A stretch of 38,673 nt of DNA from Synechococcus sp. (GTDB lineage: Bacteria > Cyanobacteriota > Cyanobacteriia > Thermostichales > PCC-7336). The notes below the pieces were generated by a model. It had not been told where the DNA came from. It did not search any database and was given only the letters and a program-made list of their open reading frames with translations. Shown piece after piece: positions 9,171 through 18,522 of this stretch (its first letter is position 1; every line of letters begins with the position of its first letter). Location of the stretch: positions 1 through 38,673 of the forward strand of contig JBFRWN010000003.1 in NCBI GenBank assembly GCA_051439605.1, in the 5' to 3' direction. A program made the translations under genes and the position numbers.

Positions 9171-9734
9171 CTATTCGGAGACCGAGAGGGTGGTCGAAGC
9201 AGCGATCGTTTCACCCTCAAGCACCAAATTGTTGTGAGTATTGGTATTCAGGGTCACCATCACTTCGTATTCTCCGGGGGTTAAATCCCCCAGGTAGTAC
9301 CAAGGGCTATACAGACGCGTCACTTTCTCACCGTTGATGAATAGATGGGCATGCCCTTCGTTCTGAAGGTCGGTCTGGTTCACTTCAGCCGGAACAAACT
9401 CAAAGTTCTCCAGCTGTACTTCTAAGTTCCAGCCCTTCTTTGCATCTGGGTGGGCCACCAGAGCGATCGCCGGAATAGGCTTTTCGCTAGACACCTCAAA
9501 CATGCCGTGGTCATGTTTCTCTTCAGATTGACCCATGGCAGACATCCCTTCGTGACCCATACCTTCATGGGATATTCCATCCTGCCCCATTGCTTCCATC
9601 TGGGAGGATATCTCATCTCTTGGGGAGGACTCGCTACTGATAGTTCCGCCGCTGTGCTCGTGGGCCTGCATCGCACTAAAACCTGACACAGCACCTGCGA
9701 TCGCTAGGCTCATCGCTGCTACTTTCAATCTCAT
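9171..9734 (-). CDS. secreted His/Met-rich hypothetical protein (putative metal-binding)
   Basis: From ATG 9734: signal-peptide-like N-terminus, His/Met-rich linker (HEHS, HEGMGHEGM, KHDHGM) and a EGHAHLFING.K..RLY...LNTNTH beta-domain. Confidence 0.8.
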   Translation of the reverse strand: MRLKVAAMSLAIAGAVSGFSAMQAHEHSGGTISSESSPRDEISSQMEAMGQDGISHEGMGHEGMSAMGQSEEKHDHGMFEVSSEKPIPAIALVAHPDAKKGWNLEVQLENFEFVPAEVNQTDLQNEGHAHLFINGEKVTRLYSPWYYLGDLTPGEYEVMVTLNTNTHNNLVLEGETIAASTTLSVSE

Positions 9735-10199
9735 ACAAACTATTCCTGTAAACTTGAGTTGGCTGAGGCAGGCGTCAGGCGGACGCATCTGCAGCACAGG
9801 TGGTTTCGACAATTCACCCTTCTGCGGCACAAATCAACCCTTATCTTGAACGGGGGGAAATTGTAATGCAAAAGACAGCCTGTCGTAGATTGCAAGCGCT
9901 CAATATTTCAGAAAATAGCGTCGCAAAAGTTGCGGGTTATTAGCGCCCGTTTCGGCAAGCACCTGATGCCAGACTTTGCTTGAATACAGACTCAGATCGA
10001 GGATGAGGGCAGCGCGATCGCCCTTTCGGATGAATGGACCGATCTCCAATTGCGGGAGGCGATTTGGCAGCAGTTTCACGATCGCGGGTTGCCTGACGGA
10101 AGATAGCGATCGCAGGTGAGTACGAATTCATGAAATCCTTTGCTGAATGAGTGGACTGGTTCGGGCTGTTGCCGCTCTCAATTCAGCTTCACCCAATCT

Positions 10200-10269
10200 G
10201 GCTAACGGTACATTTCGTGGGAGATGCGCTTTTTCGACCCCCCAATCTATTTGAAAATAACTGTTATTG
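10200..10269 (-). other. degenerate attC-like site downstream of GAF gene
   Basis: On the minus strand the GAF stop TAA lies in CAATAAC and the site ends GTTAGCC. Outer arms TAACAGTTATTTTC / GAAATGTACCGTTA are 10/14 complementary. The inner stem is poor. Confidence 0.4.
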
Positions 10270-10698
10270 TGGTTCCTTTTCCACACTGCTTGCGATACTG
10301 TTTGCTTGAGATTCTAAAAATTCAATCTCTTCATTTGAATAAGCGTTCTTATGAGGACGTAAAGAGGAATAATTGATAGTTCCCCATATTTCTCCATGCA
10401 CGATGATGGGTGTGCCAACATAAGCTCTTAATTGCGTGTTCAAATAAACGGGATGTTTGAGCATCTCAGTAATTTTTGCTACATCCTTGTAATACTTTGT
10501 CTTTTTCTCTCTAACTACGTCAGAACAGTACGTATCTGATAATTCGAATTCTTCTCCAGGCTTAATATTGACAGTGTCACTGACGCAAGCTAAAACTTTA
10601 TAGCTTGCACCAGTTACTTTGCTGATAATTCCAACATCTAGACCTAATCTATTGATTCCTTGAGTTAAGATTTTATTGAGAAATTCTTGTGAATTCAT
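10264..10698 (-). CDS. stand-alone GAF domain protein (AT-rich, probable gene cassette)
   Basis: GLDVGIISKV, TYCSDV, HPVY...LRAYVGTPIIVHGEIWGTINYSS GAF motifs. Visibly far more AT-rich than its neighbours and lacks HIP1. Confidence 0.88.
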   Translation of the reverse strand: MNSQEFLNKILTQGINRLGLDVGIISKVTGASYKVLACVSDTVNIKPGEEFELSDTYCSDVVREKKTKYYKDVAKITEMLKHPVYLNTQLRAYVGTPIIVHGEIWGTINYSSLRPHKNAYSNEEIEFLESQANSIASSVEKEPQ

Positions 10699-10798
10699 AT
10701 ATTGAATCTGAAATAATGATGATTTTTATTACTTCAATATTGGCGATGGTTGTTTGTTTTATACTCCTGTCTTTAGAGAGATTGAACAGAAAATTTAT

Positions 10799-10886
10799 GC
10801 TTAACGGCTTGCCTCACCGGAGTAAAATCAACCTTAGCAACAAGCCGGTAGTTTAGACTGCGTCCCCCTGAAAGAAAATATTAGGC
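10799..10886 (-). other. degenerate integron attC site
   Basis: Minus strand GCCTAAT (R'' with AAC>AAT) ... CCGGTGAGG-CAAGCC-GTTAAGC (L' box, spacer, perfect GTTRRRY R'). Inner arms AGTAAAATCAACC / GGTAGTTTAGACT are 9/13 complementary. Length 88 bp. Confidence 0.6.
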
Positions 10887-10938
10887 TGCAAAAAAGGTTG
10901 CAGAATTTGGGTGATGTAGAGTATGAATTGTGGTTTTT

Positions 10939-11193
10939 TTACTCAAAAGCTTGCGCTATTTCATCCAATCTACGGACGGCTCCTTCGTGCTGCTCCCAGC
11001 CATACTTCCTAAAGGTAAGGTTCAATCGAGCTTCGCTGCAGTGTTTGTCTAGAGGCAGCCCATGTTCGTAACTTTCTTGACACCCCAAGAGCAGGCTTCC
11101 CGGAGAAAGGCTGATAGCGAAACGCTCGGTAGGGTCAGACGTGCTGCGGAAGATGAACTTCCGTTTGCCACCGAGGCTTAGCGATGCGATCGC
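10939..11193 (-). pseudogene. AlkB-family 2OG-Fe(II) dioxygenase, C-terminal half (5'-truncated)
   Basis: Not in the ORF track. Reads AIASLSLGGKRKFIFRSTSDPTERFAISLSPGSLLLGCQESYEHGLPLDKHCSEARLNLTFRKYGWEQHEGAVRRLDEIAQAFE*. IASLSLG..R.F.FR, GSLL, H..P and R.NLTFR are AlkB hallmarks. No start codon ahead of these motifs and no HxD motif. Confidence 0.85.
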
Positions 11194-11202
11194 GAGGATT
11201 GC

Positions 11203-13971
11203 CTAGAAGGGGAGTTCCCCCTGTTCGGTACCGGGGATCTCGGCTAAGGATTTGGACCGTCCATTTTTGCCATTCCCGTTTTTCCCATTTCCATTCGTAT
11301 GACTGTTGCGCAGACCGACGGCAATGTGGCTGTGGCGATCGACCTGTTTGAGCACCTCACGCGCCCGCGAGATCACGCTAGAGGGCAATCCTGCCAAACG
11401 ACCCACCTCGATGCCGTAAGACTGGTTGGCTCCCCCCGGTTTCACCTGGTGCAAAAAGATAATGTCATCATCCATCTCCTTCACGATTACCTGGTAATTC
11501 GCCACATTGGGCAGCAGCGACGCCAGCTCGTTTAGCTCGTGATAGTGAGTGGCAAAGATGGTTCTGGGTTTGAGTTCTTTGGCCAGATATTCCGCCACCG
11601 CCCAGGCGATGGAGAGGCCGTCAAACGTAGCAGTGCCGCGGCCAATTTCGTCCAGCAGGACGAGGGAGCGATCGCTGGCGTGATTCAAAATATTGGCGGT
11701 TTCGTTCATTTCCACCATGAATGTAGATTGGCCCGTTGCCAGGTCGTCCACAGCCCCAACACGAGTAAAGATGCGATCGCAGATGCCCAATTCCGCAAAT
11801 TCTGCCGGCACAAAACTCCCCATCTGGGCCATCACCTGCACCAGCCCTACTTGGCGCAGGTAAGTACTCTTGCCGCTCATGTTCGGCCCCGTCAGCACCA
11901 TCAAATCCGCTGACTTTTTGGTGCCTAGCTTGAGGGAGTTAGACACAAACATGCCGTTGGGCAGCGATTGTTCAACCACCGGATGGCGGCTATCCACCAG
12001 ATTGAGGGTGCGATCGCTGACGATTTCCGGGCGACAGTAATTGTGATAGATAGCAATCTCCGCCAGCCCGGCCAGGATATCGGCGGTGGCGATCGCCTCG
12101 GCCACCTCTCGAATCAGGCTGGCGTAACCTCCCACTTCTAGGCGAATGGCCAAAAACAATTCGTACTCTAGCTGCTGCATTTCCGCCTGCGCTGTCAGGA
12201 TGCGGGCCTCCCGCTCCTTCAGTTCGGGGGTGATGTAGCGCTCTTCGTTGACTAAAGTTTGCTTGCGAATGTAATCATCTGGCGCTTGCCTCGACTTGGC
12301 CCGGCTAATGCTGATGTAGTAGCCAAAGGCCTTGGTGAACCCTACCTTTAGTGTGGAGACTCCGGTGCGTTGGCGCTCGGTGGTTTCGAGCGAGGCGATC
12401 CACTGGCGATCGCTTTCAATCTGCTGCCTCAGCTCATCCAGAGCGCTATCCACCCCAGAGCGAATCAAGCCCCCCTCTGTCAGCGTCAGCGGGGGATGCT
12501 CCACCAACGTCTGCCGCAACCTCTGTCCCAATTTCTCTAGCTCGGGGTCCACCGTTTTCAGCCGCCGCAACAGCAACGCCTGTGCCCCCTCCAGCAGTCG
12601 AGCCAACTCCGGCAATTTCTCCAAGGAATTAGCCAAGCCTACCAGGTCGCGGGCATTCGCGGTCCCCGATCCCGCCCGACCTGCCAGCCGCTCTAGGTCG
12701 TACACCTCATTCAGTGCCGCTTGCAGGTGAGTGCGCAGGTGTCCGTCTCCGACGAGTTCGGCAAGTCCGTCTTGGCGCTGCTGAATTCCCGACACGCCCA
12801 GCAATGGCTGTAGCATCCAGCGACGCAGCGCCCGCCCCCCCATGGCTGTTCGCGTGCGATCGAGGGCCCACAGCAGCGATCCGTGGAACACCCCGTCCCT
12901 CACCGTCTGCAGTAGTTCTAGATTGCGGCGGGTTTGGTGATCGATAATTAGGAATTTATCCAGCCCGTAGGTTTGCAGTCGCTCTAGGTTGAGGGGAGTG
13001 TCTTTGCGGGTTTCGCTCAGATAGTGCAATAGTCCCCCTGCTGCTCGCACCGCCAGTGGTAACCGTTCGCACCCAAACCCCTCCAGGGACTTGACGTTGA
13101 ACCTCAGAATCAGTTCGGAGCGCGCCTCCCCTAGATCGAAGGGTCTTTGGGGTCGCAGTGTGTAGCAAAACTGGTTGGGCAGTCCTTCGGGGATGCGACC
13201 ACCTCCTGCTTCGCCGGGTCGAAAGAGGCCCAAGCTGCGCCCCGTCTCGTCCACGGGCAATAGGATTTCCGCAGGCTGCAAGCGCAGTAGCTCTTGACTG
13301 AGACGTTCCACGTCTCGGTGCTGGGTAACCCAAAATTCTCCGGTAGAAATATCGGCGTAGGCTAGCCCCCATTCCCGCTCCGGGCCTCGACCGGTTAAGA
13401 CAATCGCCGCTAGATAATTATTCTTGCGGGCCGCCAGTAGCCCTTCTTCCAAAATGGTTCCTGGTGTAATCACCCGCGACACATCGCGGGAAATCAGCCC
13501 TTTGGCTTGCTCCGCAGATTCTAGCTGTTCGCAAATGGCGATCGCGTATCCCTTTTGCACCAGCTGCGAGGCATGGCGATCCATGGCATGGTGGGGGACC
13601 CCCGCCATGGGAATGCGTCCCAAATGTTTGTCCGGTCGCCCCGTTAGCACTAGCTCCAGCTCGCGGGCTACGGTGTAGGCATCCTGGAAAAAGGTTTCGT
13701 AAAAGTCGCCGCAGCGGTACATCAACAGCGCCTGCGGATACTTCTCTTTCATCAATGCGTAGTGCGCCATCATCGGTGTCAGCTTGCTGCGATCGAGCTT
13801 GAGGACGTTCCAGCGTTCCGCAGAATCCTCCAGGCTGGGCATAGTGTTTCGATCGATCCCTGTAGTTTCCAGGTCGGGAAGCTCTAACCCCACTTGCTGC
13901 TCTGTTGCCTCGCTATTCGCAGCGATCGTGCTGTTGGCTGTTGCGGCGGATTGGTCTTTACGGGGGGGCAT
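11203..13971 (-). CDS. mutS: DNA mismatch repair protein MutS
   Basis: LTPMM..Y...[37 protein letters not shown] and [13 protein letters not shown] motifs. Confidence 0.98.
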   Translation of the reverse strand: MPPRKDQSAATANSTIAANSEATEQQVGLELPDLETTGIDRNTMPSLEDSAERWNVLKLDRSKLTPMMAHYALMKEKYPQALLMYRCGDFYETFFQDAYTVARELELVLTGRPDKHLGRIPMAGVPHHAMDRHASQLVQKGYAIAICEQLESAEQAKGLISRDVSRVITPGTILEEGLLAARKNNYLAAIVLTGRGPEREWGLAYADISTGEFWVTQHRDVERLSQELLRLQPAEILLPVDETGRSLGLFRPGEAGGGRIPEGLPNQFCYTLRPQRPFDLGEARSELILRFNVKSLEGFGCERLPLAVRAAGGLLHYLSETRKDTPLNLERLQTYGLDKFLIIDHQTRRNLELLQTVRDGVFHGSLLWALDRTRTAMGGRALRRWMLQPLLGVSGIQQRQDGLAELVGDGHLRTHLQAALNEVYDLERLAGRAGSGTANARDLVGLANSLEKLPELARLLEGAQALLLRRLKTVDPELEKLGQRLRQTLVEHPPLTLTEGGLIRSGVDSALDELRQQIESDRQWIASLETTERQRTGVSTLKVGFTKAFGYYISISRAKSRQAPDDYIRKQTLVNEERYITPELKEREARILTAQAEMQQLEYELFLAIRLEVGGYASLIREVAEAIATADILAGLAEIAIYHNYCRPEIVSDRTLNLVDSRHPVVEQSLPNGMFVSNSLKLGTKKSADLMVLTGPNMSGKSTYLRQVGLVQVMAQMGSFVPAEFAELGICDRIFTRVGAVDDLATGQSTFMVEMNETANILNHASDRSLVLLDEIGRGTATFDGLSIAWAVAEYLAKELKPRTIFATHYHELNELASLLPNVANYQVIVKEMDDDIIFLHQVKPGGANQSYGIEVGRLAGLPSSVISRAREVLKQVDRHSHIAVGLRNSHTNGNGKNGNGKNGRSKSLAEIPGTEQGELPF

Positions 13972-14208
13972 AGGGAATTGCAGGCGATCGGTACTTCATG
14001 ACAGAGGACTTCCCCATAGAGGGGCTGTGTCAGTACGGTAACCGATGCTTCTCGCTTACACTCCAGCCGTTCAGCACTTCTTCAAATATTGTTCTCATTA
14101 CCAACTGGCCCAGTTCGCCTTTTGGGTTGTCAATTTTTGCAGAGTTATTCTCTTAACGCGATCGGATTGGCCTCCCTTTGGGGTGATATAGCATTGTGCC
14201 GTTTCGGC

Positions 14209-15168
14209 ATGCTGTCGTTTGGCCCCAAGGAGCCAAGAACCGCGATCGACTCCCTTACGGAACTGCAAGCGCTGCTGTCAGCGTCACCACTCGCCGATCG
14301 AGACATCGCCGAACTGGATGTGCTCGATACGGGCGAAAAAGCCTTTGCGTTAGAAATTTCCGGTGCTGAGGTGGAAAGTGCTTGGAGAATTGCCCGCGAG
14401 CTGTTGCCCCAGACCGCCCGCTGGCCGGTGGTGTCTACGTTTTGGAGCGGATCGAGGACAAGTTGGCCTGAAAAACTAGCCGCAGAGGATTTCTTTTCAC
14501 GGTTCTATTACGAGGAGGCTCCCAATACAACAGATGTGTCCCCCAGGGGACTGATTGCAGCAGCTGAACGGGTCGATCCTCAAGTGATGTTGGAAGCACT
14601 TTTGCAAGAGAGAGATCGTTACGAATCGGTGGAGGAAGCACTCGAATACCAACTGGAAGACACCTTATCCCGATACGGCAGCGTCCCTACCGCAGCAGAG
14701 ATTGCCAATGCTGAACTGAACGGCTCGGCTATTCAGACTCCCAGTCAGTTGGAGCGATGGTTGTTGGATTGGGAATTGAAGCAGGAGGGGTCTGGCAAAC
14801 CCGAATACGCCAGACAAGATTGGTTCGTGCAAGATCCGTCAGTGTTGCTGTGGTTGCCCACCCCCCATTCTTGGGAGACGTTGGCGTATCTCAATTGGTA
14901 CGGAACCTCTGACTTTGGCTCGGAGTATTACATTGCGCTGGGCAAGCGATGGGCGCAGCAGTACGGTGCTGAGTTGGTGGCCCATTACGGCACGATGCTG
15001 CAGTACTTTGTATCGCAGCCGCCCGCGACACTAGAGCAGGCGTGGGAGCTGGCTATCCAGCAGGATCTCGTGGCACCCTGCACGCTTGCACTTCCCGGTA
15101 TCAGTGTTAGGAATCACGCTATTGGGCTGGTGAATTACAACCGCTGGTTCCTTCACGAGCGACCTTAG
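14209..15168 (+). CDS. DUF4253 domain-containing protein
   Basis: C-terminal RWAQQYGAELV......LQYFVSQPPATLEQAWELA.QQ...AP pattern. ATG 14209 is preferred over TTG 14089, but the start is uncertain. Confidence 0.8.
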   Translation: MLSFGPKEPRTAIDSLTELQALLSASPLADRDIAELDVLDTGEKAFALEISGAEVESAWRIARELLPQTARWPVVSTFWSGSRTSWPEKLAAEDFFSRFYYEEAPNTTDVSPRGLIAAAERVDPQVMLEALLQERDRYESVEEALEYQLEDTLSRYGSVPTAAEIANAELNGSAIQTPSQLERWLLDWELKQEGSGKPEYARQDWFVQDPSVLLWLPTPHSWETLAYLNWYGTSDFGSEYYIALGKRWAQQYGAELVAHYGTMLQYFVSQPPATLEQAWELAIQQDLVAPCTLALPGISVRNHAIGLVNYNRWFLHERP

Positions 15169-15188
15169 TCTCGGTGAAGTCAAAGCCA

Positions 15189-15713
15189 TCAAGGCAGCGA
15201 TCGCCCGTTCTGTATTACCATCTCAATCTCAAATGGTACGGGTTGCCATCGACTGGGCACATAAAGCGGGTGGCGCGGTTGACCGGAGCGGTTACGACCC
15301 AAACAGTAACACTGCTTTTGGCTCAGAAGTTTAAGGACTGCCCGATCGCGGGCGAACAGCTTGCCCCAATTGCCCCAAGCAAAGACTAGGAGGGAGGCGC
15401 GATCGCTCGCTTGGAGGATGTAACTGTCTGTTTCTGCGCCCACCGGATCCTCCGCGAGTTTCAGCTGTTGCGGCTGAGTGGCCCGATAGGAAAATAAGTT
15501 CACCACCTCCACCGACCCGTAACCCCATGCCCGAGCAAAGCCCGTACATCGCCGGATGGTGGGGTCTTCCACTGTTTCGTCTGCGGTGCTGGGGTTGAGC
15601 ATGACAAACGCCACTGCTGGCAAAGTGCTATCCCATACCCGCCAGAGGGTATAGCGATACTGGCCGGTGCGATCGAAGGTTGCCCCCGACTGCTGACTGC
15701 CTGTCACGTTCAT
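15189..15713 (-). CDS. DUF1643 domain-containing protein
   Basis: YRYTLWRVWD, FVMLNPSTAD...DPTIRRC, VVNLF..RAT.P, AWG and PRHPLY motifs. Start at ATG 15713. Confidence 0.9.
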   Translation of the reverse strand: MNVTGSQQSGATFDRTGQYRYTLWRVWDSTLPAVAFVMLNPSTADETVEDPTIRRCTGFARAWGYGSVEVVNLFSYRATQPQQLKLAEDPVGAETDSYILQASDRASLLVFAWGNWGKLFARDRAVLKLLSQKQCYCLGRNRSGQPRHPLYVPSRWQPVPFEIEMVIQNGRSLP

Positions 15714-15745
15714 CAATACAGTTCGCTGCTGCTCCAGACATTTCC

Positions 15746-16693
15746 TCACAATTTTCGCAGGCGATCGCACAGCAATTGGTAAATTCCATCGGCATTGGCT
15801 CGTTCCATCACCCGGATATTGGCGGTCGCATCTGTGATATTCCAAAGATCAACAATGGATCTGCCCATGGTGGTTTCGCTCTGGGTCTCTACCTGTACCG
15901 AGCAAAGTCGCCCTTCGAACAAGTCAGGCTGTATGAGATAGGCGATCGGGCAGGGATCGTGCAAAAACCCCCCGGGGGTGCCGTAGCGCTTCATGCTAAA
16001 GCGACCGTAAAACTCCAGCATGTCTGCAGCAGCCACAGCTGGTTTGGTGCCGATCGCCCGGATAGCCGCGAGACGAGCTGGAGTGGAGATGACGTGGTGG
16101 GTGACATCCAGCGTGAACAGTGAGATCGGTGCTCTGCAGTTCAACACCACTTGGGCGGCGTGGGGGTCAACGTAAAAATTAAATTCGGCGGAGGGGGTGA
16201 CGTTCCCCTGGGTGATGGCTCCGCCCATAATGACGATTTCGGCGATATTCTCCACCAGCTGGGGGGCTTGGATGAGGGCGAGGGCCAGATTGGTGAGGGG
16301 GCCGACGGCAGCAATTGTGACGGGGTCGGGATGGCTGGAGATGGCCGCTAGCAGGTAGTTCACTGCGTGCTGAGATTGCAGCGGCATGGTGGGTTCGGGT
16401 AGCTCGGTACCGTCCAGTCCGGTTTTGCCGTGCACTGCGCGGGCAGTTTCCAGCATCCGCAGCATGGGGCGGGGGCAACCGGCGTAGACTTTCACCTCGG
16501 GATGTCCTGCCAATTCGCAGATTTTGCGGGCGTTGCGCTGAGTAAGGTCGAGGGGAACGTTACCGGCGACGGTGGTGATACCCAACAACTCCAGTTCTTG
16601 CGGCGAGGCGAGAGCGAGCAGAATGGCGATCGCGTCATCCACCCCCGGATCGCAGTCGATAATCAGCGGTTTTGCGGAGGCTGCTTCTGTCAC
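15746..16693 (-). CDS. inosine/uridine-preferring nucleoside hydrolase
   Basis: DCDPGVDDA Ca-binding motif, GPLTNLA, AEFNFYVDPHAA and LHDP. Confidence 0.95.
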   Translation of the reverse strand: MTEAASAKPLIIDCDPGVDDAIAILLALASPQELELLGITTVAGNVPLDLTQRNARKICELAGHPEVKVYAGCPRPMLRMLETARAVHGKTGLDGTELPEPTMPLQSQHAVNYLLAAISSHPDPVTIAAVGPLTNLALALIQAPQLVENIAEIVIMGGAITQGNVTPSAEFNFYVDPHAAQVVLNCRAPISLFTLDVTHHVISTPARLAAIRAIGTKPAVAAADMLEFYGRFSMKRYGTPGGFLHDPCPIAYLIQPDLFEGRLCSVQVETQSETTMGRSIVDLWNITDATANIRVMERANADGIYQLLCDRLRKL

Positions 16694-16731
16694 TCTGCCA
16701 TCCTCTTGTCAATGCCTTGCTCGGCGAACGG

Positions 16732-17844
16732 TTACAACTCTAGCAACATCAAATTGTCGCGGTGGACGGCAGTGTTTTCACCGTTGTAGCCCAATGTCAG
16801 CTCGATCTCGCTGGTCTTTTTGCCGCGAATCCGCTCTAGCTCCGCAGAGCTGTAATTACTCAGCCCGCGGGCTATCTCGCGATCGCCCTCATCCTGCAGG
16901 CTGACTGCCGCCCCCGCTTCAAAATTTCCCTGTACTGCAGTAATCCCAGCGGGCAATAGCGATCGCCCCTGTTCGTACACCGCCCGCACTGCTCCCGGAT
17001 CGAGGACAAGAGAACCTTTGGGTTGCAGGACAAACGCAATCCAGCGCTTGCGCGCCCCCGACGGTTGCGGATCGGGGTCGAAGCGGGTGCCGATGTCTTC
17101 CCCCGCCAGAATATTGGGAATCAGATGGGGGGATTTGCCGTTGGCGATCGCCATTGTTATCCCCATCGACGTAGCAATCTGCGCTGCAGAGATCTTGGTA
17201 GCCATTCCACCAGTTCCCCAGCCGCTCCCTCCTTGAGAACCTGCTTGCACCAACAGCGGCTTCCCTTTTTCCACCCGCGCGATCGGTTGGGCGTTGGGGT
17301 CCAGTCGCGGGTCGGCAGAATAGAGGCGATCGACATCGGTAAGCAGGATCAGCCAGTCCGCCTCCACAATTCCGGAGACGAGGGCGGAGAGGGTATCGTT
17401 GTCGCCAAACTGCAGTTCGTCCACCGCCACCGTGTCGTTTTCGTTCACCACCGGAATGACTTGCATATCCAACAGTTGAGCAAACGTGCGTTTGGCGTTG
17501 AGATAGCGATCGCGATTTACCAAATCTGCACGGGTGAGCAGGACTTGGGCGATTGGCTGATTGAGGGAGGAAAACATGTCGTCGTAAAGCCGCATCAACC
17601 GCCCCTGACCCACCGCAGCTACGGCTTGTTTTTCGGCGATCGTTGTGGGTCGTTGGGTCAATCCCAAACGGGCACTACCCACCCCCACAGCCCCCGAAGA
17701 CACTAGCACTACCCGCCAGCCCTCCCGCCGCAGGTGGGTTAGGGTTTCTACCAAAGGCCCGATTGCTGACAGCCGCAAATCGCCCGTTTGGTTATTGGTC
17801 AGGCTGGAGGTGCCAATTTTGACGACAACGGTTTTAGGGCTCAT
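16732..17844 (-). CDS. proB: glutamate 5-kinase
   Basis: [31 protein letters not shown] and GTGGMATK motifs, with a C-terminal PUA domain. Confidence 0.97.
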   Translation of the reverse strand: MSPKTVVVKIGTSSLTNNQTGDLRLSAIGPLVETLTHLRREGWRVVLVSSGAVGVGSARLGLTQRPTTIAEKQAVAAVGQGRLMRLYDDMFSSLNQPIAQVLLTRADLVNRDRYLNAKRTFAQLLDMQVIPVVNENDTVAVDELQFGDNDTLSALVSGIVEADWLILLTDVDRLYSADPRLDPNAQPIARVEKGKPLLVQAGSQGGSGWGTGGMATKISAAQIATSMGITMAIANGKSPHLIPNILAGEDIGTRFDPDPQPSGARKRWIAFVLQPKGSLVLDPGAVRAVYEQGRSLLPAGITAVQGNFEAGAAVSLQDEGDREIARGLSNYSSAELERIRGKKTSEIELTLGYNGENTAVHRDNLMLLEL

Positions 17845-17890
17845 TGCGATTCCGGCTCGTTAATCGACGCTAATTAGTAGTGGACTCTCG

Positions 17891-17985
17891 CTATAGCGGT
17901 GGCCACACTGCTTACGACATTTCAGCTGTGGCACGCTGACTGAGCTTAGAAAGCTACGTCCTAACTGAAATGTCAAACACTATAG
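17891..17985. mobile_element. 95-bp CTATAG-bounded miniature repeat element, copy 1 (putative IS630/Tc1-type MITE)
   Basis: Begins CTATAGCG and ends ACTATAG, with internal inverted pair GACATTTCAG/CTGAAATGTC. About 68/97 identical by manual alignment to 38451-38547. Confidence 0.7.
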
Positions 17986-17986
17986 T

Positions 17987-18292
17987 TTACGGTTGCTCGG
18001 AACTCTCTGAAGGGGTTGGGGGGCGATCGGCTGCAGTTTTCTTCGTTTTGCCGATGGCTTCGGCCCAAGTGGTGGGGACGGGGTTGTAGCCGCCGGGGTT
18101 CCAGGGGTGGCAACTGCAGATGCGGCGCGCGGCTAGGAAGGAACCGCGTGCGATGCCGAAGGTGCGCAGTGCCTCCAGCGTGTATTGAGAGCAGGTGGGA
18201 TAGTAGCGGCAACTAGCGGGCAGAAGGGGGGAGATGCCCACTTGGTAGCCGCGGATAGCCCATTCTAAGGGGGTGCTGAGACGGAGGGGCAT
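17987..18292 (-). CDS. yidD: membrane protein insertion efficiency factor
   Basis: IRGYQ..ISP....[10 protein letters not shown]...A...G...G......[15 protein letters not shown] motif. Confidence 0.95.
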   Translation of the reverse strand: MPLRLSTPLEWAIRGYQVGISPLLPASCRYYPTCSQYTLEALRTFGIARGSFLAARRICSCHPWNPGGYNPVPTTWAEAIGKTKKTAADRPPTPSESSEQP

Positions 18293-18522
18293 GGGCTGCA
18301 GTGTTCTAAAGATTGATGAGTGAACTATTAGTTACACCTCAACCACAAGTTTAAACATTGCATACGGTAGTTAAAAATATATCCAAAAAATTCTTGAATT
18401 CATGTGCTTGAGTTACATTCAACGGTCAATTCACATGTCAGATTTTCAACAAGATGATGGAGAAGTTTTCGATGCAATTCTGACGAACGAATGATTTCAA
18501 GCCCGAGAAAGTAATTTTTAGG

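Noticed and set aside
9900..10131. 63-aa ORF 9940-10131 and an alternative open frame on the minus strand
   Set aside because: No recognisable motifs; probably a chimeric read across the HIP1 junction rather than a gene.
11260..11300. [12 protein letters not shown] repeat in the MutS C-terminus
   Set aside because: Ordinary low-complexity linker before the terminal clamp-binding-like motif.
18435..18494. 19-codon acidic mini-ORF MSDFQQDDGEVFDAILTNE
   Set aside because: Too short, with no SD or homology evidence.
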